Below the pieces are notes generated by a model, which was not told the origin of the DNA, did not search any database, and saw only the letters and a list, made by a program, of their open reading frames with translations. Positions 26,640 through 32,000 of a stretch of 32,000 nt of DNA are shown here, one piece after another. The translations under genes were made by a program, and so were the position numbers. Source of the DNA: Haloquadratum walsbyi C23. GTDB taxonomy: Archaea > Halobacteriota > Halobacteria > Halobacteriales > Haloferacaceae. Numbering within the stretch: position 1 is the stretch's first letter; each line of letters opens with the position of its first letter. Where the stretch lies: positions 1,740,001 through 1,772,000 of the forward strand of contig NC_017459.1 in assembly GCF_000237865.1 (NCBI RefSeq). The letters run 5' to 3'.

Positions 26640-27215
26640 ATGATACAAAATGTAGCCAGTAACGTCCAAGCATTTAGCTCAAACGTATTTCTTGTCACTG
26701 GAGAGACAACTGCACTTATCGATGCAGGAGCGAATTTCGATGTTGTCTCTCAGATACAAGAGCATACTGAGCAAATTGATCGGCTTTATCTCACGCATAC
26801 GCATGTTGATCATGTTGAGAATATCCCGTCAGTTCGTGACGCATTTGATGTTGAAACATGGGGCTATGATACAACACACGATATTGTTGACCACGCAATC
26901 CAAGATGAGGAGTCAATCCCGATTGGTGATGAGAGATATATGGCACTTCATACGCCAGGACACAAACCTGATCATCTCTGTTTTTATGCTGCTAATATCG
27001 GGATTTGCTTTGCTGGCGATCTCATCTTCGCCAATGGTAGTTTTGGACGAACCGATCTTGAGGGGGGAAATCGAAAAACACTGATTCAAAGCATTGATCG
27101 AATAGCGGACACAGTTACTGATAATCTCACTGCGATTTATTCTGGACATGGTCCCGCGATTACAACGGATCCAAAGGAAAATATCGATATGGCGGCCCAG
27201 GCTGCTCGAGTGTAA
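26640..27215 (+). CDS. MBL-fold metallo-hydrolase
   Basis: 191 aa with the HxHxDH motif (LTHTHVDHV), HTPGH, and a later GDLIF...GR and GHG. Confidence 0.85.
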   Translation: MIQNVASNVQAFSSNVFLVTGETTALIDAGANFDVVSQIQEHTEQIDRLYLTHTHVDHVENIPSVRDAFDVETWGYDTTHDIVDHAIQDEESIPIGDERYMALHTPGHKPDHLCFYAANIGICFAGDLIFANGSFGRTDLEGGNRKTLIQSIDRIADTVTDNLTAIYSGHGPAITTDPKENIDMAAQAARV

Positions 27216-27622
27216 TGACCGCTCACATTAATGTACATGTGAATGATTGATATTATTGTATATAACTCAGTAGGATATGATACCTTTCCAGTGGTGAACC
27301 ACCAGGCTTCCCACAAGCGGAGGGGTACTAAATTGGGAGATTCACAGAATGTTATTTTCGAGGGAATGCCAGCAGTGACACACTACTGCACTATCTACGC
27401 TCAAAAGACGGGTATTCAATAGTATCTATTGATTCTCACACCCTGTTCGTCTGATGGAAGTACGTTCCACGATCCAAAGATGAACTCCAATATTGTTTGA
27501 TTGTGGTAGGGCAGATAGACCACTTCGATTGCGTTCAGCACGTGATAAAAATTCAAAATACTGCGTATAGGCATTTATTTCCGTAATTGCGAAGTTTGAG
27601 CGCCTAATCCACTATCGAGTAA

Positions 27623-27925
27623 CTATGTATCCGCGTCATCGGGGACAGATGCTGTTTTTGTCTCACGCCTGAGTCCAAAATAGCCTGGTTCATCACCAAC
27701 AGGGTCGTTGATGACAAGTTCATCAGCATGCGCCATGAGCCATGGAATCGTCCATGCGACGACGCGTTCTTCGGTTTCAGATGGGAGGTCGGCGCCTGGG
27801 TCTAATCCTTGTAATAAACGGGCAATCTCATCAACGGTATACATCAACTCAGCATCTAATATCTCCGCAGGTTTGTATAACTGATATGGATACAGTGTCT
27901 CAAATGCGTCCTTTGGTCTGGGCAT
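27623..27925 (-). CDS. conserved acidic hypothetical protein
   Basis: 100-aa ORF, MPRPKDAFETLYPYQLYKPAEILDAELMYTVDEIARLLQGL...WTIPWLMAHADELVINDP, with halophile-like acidic composition. I recall similar small haloarchaeal proteins but cannot name the family. Confidence 0.55.
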   Translation of the reverse strand: MPRPKDAFETLYPYQLYKPAEILDAELMYTVDEIARLLQGLDPGADLPSETEERVVAWTIPWLMAHADELVINDPVGDEPGYFGLRRETKTASVPDDADT

Positions 27926-28184
27926 ATCGATAGTTATTCCTGAATTAACGTGAATACCTGGGTGATGTAGCTAGTCACTTCTAATAAACTACCATATGAA
28001 GACAAATGATGGGTTTTAGCTTCTCTGTAGTTTATTTACTCCCTGCTCAGCGCTGACGGTGGTGATTCATAATAAAAAATCGAGAAGGCTGGAGGCTAGT
28101 GGTCACTCAATTAATTTTTCAGTAATAATACAGCGATAGTCCATATTTGACTCTTGAGTTGTATCTCAAACGTGGTGAGTACAT

Positions 28185-28218
28185 TGAAATCCTCCTCGGC
28201 GTAAACGCGGAGGAATCG
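28185..28218 (-). repeat. TnpB right-end-like hairpin remnant
   Basis: The minus strand reads cgattcctccgcgtttacgccgaggaggatttca, a hairpin followed by ggaggat(t)tca as in the common haloarchaeal TnpB tail (...gggaggatgtca). The adjacent 28220-28690 is GC-richer but not clearly TnpB-coding. Confidence 0.3.
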
Positions 28219-28709
28219 TGAGCGTGAGCATTAGAGATTGCAGGTTTGCAGTTTCACCGAACCCCGGCACGGCGAGAATCCATGTTGGGTTCATGGACTG
28301 TAGCAGGTAGGACTGCTGGGAGTGCCATATCTCAGCCCCCGGTACTCCTATCTTCCATCGTGTTCGGACTCCCAAGGTTGTTTCTGCCTTGGGGAGTTCG
28401 GCAGATTTCGGTGGACTCGGAATTACTTTCTGTGCTGTTTTCAAGCAGTCGGGCACAGCATCTGCATCTGCATCGGTTCATGAGAGGAACCGACCGTTCA
28501 CCTGACTGGTTCCGATTATTGTCTCATTGCTTGGGGCGGACAGGTCGCCATCGTCGGAGTGACCGGAATCGCCCTGCCCTGTTTCTGATCTAATTCCTAT
28601 GTATAGATATGCTTGCCTGTCACTTCAAGCTCCGGAGTCCCAAACCTCAGCGTGGCTATTACAGCGTAGATTGACTCCGAGTTGTCGGATTCATCCTGCG
28701 GCTGAAGCC

Positions 28710-28969
28710 CTGTCTCTTACCCACAAATCGAGTCAGGATTTTAGCGGAACGGGATCGGGATCGGCGAGCACGACTGAAATCCTCGGTATCTACAGTTCCA
28801 ACACCTCTTTGGAACAATTGTAGTGGAGTTGATTACCGGCGTTCTGTAACCCCTACAGCCGGTATCACTGTCTGAATCGATTCTCGCCTCGATTTTCTAC
28901 GTTCAAAATATCTCTGAGAGCGTCTGACACGTCCGGTTACGACTCCACGAACTTATGGGTAAAAAACAG
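28710..28969. mobile_element. 260-bp MITE derived from the IS50-like element at 29603-31270
   Basis: The left end CTGTCTCTTACCCACAAATCG (28710-) and the inverted right end CTGTTTTTTACCCATAAGTTCG (ending at 28969) match the IS terminal repeats. There is no ORF inside. The element is flanked by a direct repeat ggctgaagcc (28700-28709 and 28970-28979). Confidence 0.65.
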
Positions 28970-29063
28970 GGCTGAAGCCGCGGGTATTCTCCTTGACTCT
29001 GTGTAATATGATAGATGTATTAATGTCTATAGCCTAGAGATATCATAAAGAAAATTCAAAATA

Positions 29064-29219
29064 ATGACTGATTCAACTTCGGTTATTGATGATTATATTA
29101 GATACTATGAGTGTCAATGCGGCAAAGGATTCCTAAGCGAAACAGACGCTCGAACCCATATCCAGCAATGTCCAGCAATGCCGCATGTCGGCACGAATCA
29201 AAGACAGCGTGATGATTAA
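29064..29219 (+). CDS. possible small zinc-finger protein (51 aa, C-x-C...H-x4-C)
   Basis: MTDSTSVIDDYIRYYECQCGKGFLSETDARTHIQQCPAMPHVGTNQRQRDD, below the track cut-off. It contains a 10-bp tandem duplication (29161-29180) that sets its C-terminal frame. It lies among IS debris, so this is a weak call. Confidence 0.3.
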   Translation: MTDSTSVIDDYIRYYECQCGKGFLSETDARTHIQQCPAMPHVGTNQRQRDD

Positions 29220-29440
29220 TACCTCCCTCGTCCTGAACGGCGAGGATTCCTTCGTGGGACAGCGCGTCAGTCGTGTGTCTCTGAAGCTATCCTGACCGAG
29301 ACTATCTGGCTCTCGACTGTGGTTTGTGAATATTGCGTCGGGTCATCAAGAGCGACGTAATATGTCTGTGGTTAGATATCCTTGCGCAATAAACAGACTG
29401 TGCCATCGACTCAACTCAACCATAGTGGATGTGTGAAGTA

Positions 29441-29461
29441 CCTCGGGGTCAAGCCCCGAGG
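29441..29461 (-). repeat. copy of the cctcgggg-loop-ccccgagg hairpin, opposite orientation to 4011-4031
   Basis: The plus strand cctcggggtcaagccccgagg is the exact reverse complement of the 4011-4031 hairpin, including its loop. It is flanked by gtgaag/cttcac. Confidence 0.55.
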
Positions 29462-29602
29462 CTTCACCGTTTGGGGTCTGCACAGCACCCGCAGGCGAAT
29501 TTAATTCCCTCCGACCTTCCCCGTGAGGGGTCGGCTGGAATTAACACCCGAACTCCGCGAGGAGTCCGTGGAGGTCAGCGGCTTCACTCCGCCCGTTGAA
29601 AC

Positions 29603-31270
29603 CTGTCTCTTACCCATAACTCAATACTAGAGGGTAATTTCAACCAAATCAGGCATGAAAAGAAGAAATCAATCAAATTTCCATCAGTATCTGCCCAAGA
29701 TTAGAGAAGTATCCATGAAGCCGCTTGAAAAGTTCAGTTGAACTCGTTATTTCGGCGGGTTCTGCTAAATGAGCCCGCTTCGCGGCTCATTCAGCACCGA
29801 GTTCGTATCCTTCAGCCCACATGCGTAGCTTCTGGAGTCCTTTCCACATCGTCTCCCATCCTGGTGGCGGATCTGAACCACGATCAAGATAACCGCCGAG
29901 TTTAGCCACGCTCACTGCGTATGATTTCCCATCTTGACCGCTCAATTCTGGAAATTTCGTTTCCAGAATTGTGCGCTCTGCCTCACTCAACAGGACCGCC
30001 GGAGATACTGAACTATCACCACGAGCAAGTTCTCGTAGCTCCAGAACTTTCCACGCGATCACTGAATACATGCTCAACAACACTTCCATCCGCTCCCAAG
30101 TCTGCAGTTGCCGTTCTTCGATGTTACAGCCACTCTTGAGCACTTTATGCCAGTCTTCAATTCGCCAGCGGAGGCCGTAATAGTCGATGAGTGTCAGCGT
30201 TTCCTCAAACTCTTCGACCGATTCAGTGGTGAGCAACACCCACTGAATCGGGTCGTCATTTTCACCGACCTCGTCGACTCTCACGACATTCACCTCGATT
30301 GAGCCCTCTTGTTCAGGATTATTCCTTGGCGCGCGCAACTCACACGTTCCAGTGGCTATCGACAACTCCGCTGTTCTCGCTTCGCGCCCACCTCCCTGTT
30401 GAATCTCGATTGTTTTGCGACCTTGCTCGGCAAGGTCGCTGCTCCAGTCAAAGAGTTTTCCAGGTTCACCATCATCAGTCCAAATCCGTCGGTTTTGATT
30501 CGCTCGGACAATGAAGCCAGCATTTTCCATCTCTCTGGTGACTTCCTCGTAGAACGCGAATGAATCTGCGCCTCGGTCATGGATAAATAGCGGGCGGATA
30601 TCGTCGGCGAGCCAGTCTCTGGCTTGGCTGTCGCCACGGCTCCATTTCTCATGTTCACTGTCAAGTTGAATCGGCTCTGCTTTGCCGTTGGCATCGTACT
30701 TCTCATCGGCCTGCTGGTCCTCGATCAGCGGCTGCTGATCGATGACCCCAGTCATTCGATGGGTCCGTGGATTGATTCCGATCGTGGAGTGAAGCTTGAT
30801 ACCTTCGAGATCCATTTCAGAGTTGCCAATATCGCCGAGAGCCTCCTTGGAGGGGTGTCTCGGAAACACGAGTTCGGTGGTATCGGAGACAATCAGGAGT
30901 TCGTCTGACCGACTCACTCTTGATTGCTGTTGCTGCTTGTGAGCAGAGAGAACCTCGTTGGGATCCACATTCTCATTATCGCAAAATCGGTATGTAGCTT
31001 TTGTGGACGCCCAGTCTCCGCAGGCAGCAGGGATGGACTCGGCAGGCGAGCTGCCGATGCCGAGTTCATCCCCAAGTTGTACTAGTCGGTCACTCAGGCG
31101 CTTGTCTCCAAACTCGGCTGATCGAAACTCCGTTTGAATCCATCCTGAAACATCCATGTCACACAGCTGTCCATCTTCATCGAGTTCTGGCTTCCAACTC
31201 CGTGAGCGACGCCCCATCTACCAATCTTGGTTCGTCTACTCTTCCATTAGGACTTGTGGGTAAGAGACAG
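29603..31270 (-). mobile_element. IS4-family, IS50/Tn5-like insertion sequence (1668 bp), apparently intact
   Basis: The terminal inverted repeats are CTGTCTCTTACCCATAACTC (29603-) and, inverted, CTGTCTCTTACCCACAAGTC (ending at 31270). It holds a single 476-aa transposase ORF. An 8-bp-stem hairpin (29768-29791) spans the stop codon. The flanking 9-mers differ (cgttgaaac versus gcatcaaaa). Confidence 0.9.
29787..31217 (-). CDS. IS50/Tn5-like DDE transposase
   Basis: 476 aa, aligning with remembered Tn5 Tnp in four blocks. WIQTEFRSAEFGDKRLSDRLVQL matches WAKSVFSSAALGDPRRTARLVNV. YRFCDNENV and LLIVSDTTELVF match YRFIRNPNV and LLAIEDTTSLSY. FIHDRGADSF matches AVCDREADIH. IDYYGLRWRIEDWHKVLKSG matches IDIYTHRWRIEEFHKAWKTG, keeping the Y-2-R-3-E-6-K spacing. 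The DDE residues appear intact. The start could be the ATG at 31217 or at 31157. Confidence 0.9.
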   Translation of the reverse strand: MGRRSRSWKPELDEDGQLCDMDVSGWIQTEFRSAEFGDKRLSDRLVQLGDELGIGSSPAESIPAACGDWASTKATYRFCDNENVDPNEVLSAHKQQQQSRVSRSDELLIVSDTTELVFPRHPSKEALGDIGNSEMDLEGIKLHSTIGINPRTHRMTGVIDQQPLIEDQQADEKYDANGKAEPIQLDSEHEKWSRGDSQARDWLADDIRPLFIHDRGADSFAFYEEVTREMENAGFIVRANQNRRIWTDDGEPGKLFDWSSDLAEQGRKTIEIQQGGGREARTAELSIATGTCELRAPRNNPEQEGSIEVNVVRVDEVGENDDPIQWVLLTTESVEEFEETLTLIDYYGLRWRIEDWHKVLKSGCNIEERQLQTWERMEVLLSMYSVIAWKVLELRELARGDSSVSPAVLLSEAERTILETKFPELSGQDGKSYAVSVAKLGGYLDRGSDPPPGWETMWKGLQKLRMWAEGYELGAE

Positions 31271-31349
31271 GCATCAAAACATGGGAGTTCTCCTTGAATT
31301 TTCATAATACAACAGAGAGATATCTATTCTGTACGTTGTCAAGGCGAGT

Positions 31350-31384
31350 GCCTCGGGGCTTTGATGTTGATCTGACCCCGGAGG
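31350..31384 (+). repeat. expanded-loop copy A of the cctcgggg hairpin
   Basis: gcctcggggctttgatgttgatctgaccccggagg is the same stem as at 4011-4031, with the loop enlarged by ttgatgttgatc. Confidence 0.6.
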
Positions 31385-31673
31385 GTGAAGCCGACACATC
31401 TAATCGACCCGTAATATTTAGTATGATTGGTGGTTAGGCAGTGACCATGATTGTCACTTGTCTGGCTGAGAGTCTCATCACACGGGCGGTCAGACACCAA
31501 GACTGTCCAACTCAGAGAGGGATAGGACATTCCAAATCAACGTCGTCCGAGAGACGAAGTCTCTCGCGATCACGAAAATCTTCGATTTTCGAACGATCTG
31601 TGGAGTCCGGAACCGCTCTGAGACGGCTCTTTCAGTGAGAGTGGGTTCGTAAGTTCTGTCGAAAAAGCAGGAA

Positions 31674-31704
31674 GCCTCGGGGCTCTGATGTTGATCTGAC
31701 CCCG
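31674..31704 (+). repeat. expanded-loop copy B of the cctcgggg hairpin
   Basis: gcctcggggctctgatgttgatctgaccccg is 30/31 identical to copy A and lies 324 bp downstream in direct orientation. It is followed by gcggacatcctccc, the reverse complement of the gggaggatgtc TnpB-tail motif. Confidence 0.6.
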
Positions 31705-31828
31705 AAACAGGTTCACGCGGACATCCTCCCTTCGCATAGAGATAGCTCTCATAGTTGCATGAGTTCAAAAAAATTTAGGATTTGATTTATCGACGGGACG
31801 CCGACTTCAGTGTCAATATAATCGCGAC

Positions 31829-32000
31829 TTATTCGAAGAGCTCGACAGCTTGTGCGTATCGTTGGCTTGGCTCTTCCCAGTCAACAACCTCAAAGAATGC
31901 ATCAACGAAGTCACCACGAGCTGGACCATAATCATGGTAGTATGAATGTTCCCAGACGTCCAATGAAAGGACTGGGTGGGCACCCCAGAAAGCACCTTCA
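31829..32000 (-). CDS. sod: superoxide dismutase (Fe/Mn family), C-terminal 57 codons; the N-terminus lies beyond the right edge
   Basis: The reverse complement reads GAFWGAHPVLSLDVWEHSYYHDYGPARGDFVDAFFEVVDWEEPSQRYAQAVELFE-stop (TAA at 31829-31831). DVWEHSYY is the Fe/Mn-SOD metal-ligand motif. It is not in the ORF track because it is cut by the edge. Confidence 0.85.
   Translation of the reverse strand, partial: EGAFWGAHPVLSLDVWEHSYYHDYGPARGDFVDAFFEVVDWEEPSQRYAQAVELFE

Noticed and set aside
25326-31704. CRISPR array
   Set aside because: The only tandem repeat is a 6-nt coding microsatellite in folA. The 31-nt repeats at 31350 and 31674 occur only twice, 324 bp apart, and belong to a dispersed hairpin family. 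There are no cas genes in the window.

Overview
The window looks like haloarchaeal chromosome. Proteins are strongly acidic, background GC is in the mid-40s % and coding density is low, which resembles Haloquadratum; that organism call is an inference only.

Most genes are ordinary housekeeping or transport genes:
- an FeS-BCP/PhrB-type photolyase homologue, cut by the left edge and absent from the ORF track
- RNase HI and a Zn-ribbon/wHTH regulator
- MFS and EamA transporters
- a stand-alone SdhA/NadB-like flavoprotein, a DUF457 hydrolase and a short TrxR-like flavoprotein
- an RdfA-like protein, tRNA-Glu(CUC) and an SDR
- a four-gene BMP-type ABC importer
- a proteasome alpha subunit and a translationally coupled thyA-folA pair
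- an MBL hydrolase and the 3' end of sod at the right edge

I found no convincing new multi-gene system such as defence, CRISPR or toxin-antitoxin. The parts worth a second look are accessory or decaying DNA:
1. A roughly 6 kb high-GC island carries the ABC operon. Its ATPase gene is frameshifted at a G5 run.
2. There are unusually many IS1341/TnpB gene fragments and orphan right-end (omega-RNA-like) hairpins.
3. An apparently intact IS50/Tn5-like insertion sequence has Tn5-like ends but no target duplication.
4. A 260-bp MITE derived from that IS, with a clean duplication, sits in the loop of a TnpB-type hairpin.
5. An in-frame hexanucleotide microsatellite encodes a (Asp-Ile)n N-terminal extension on DHFR.
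6. Several zinc-finger micro-ORFs fall below the track's size cut-off.

All homology statements rest on motif recognition from memory, not on searches.
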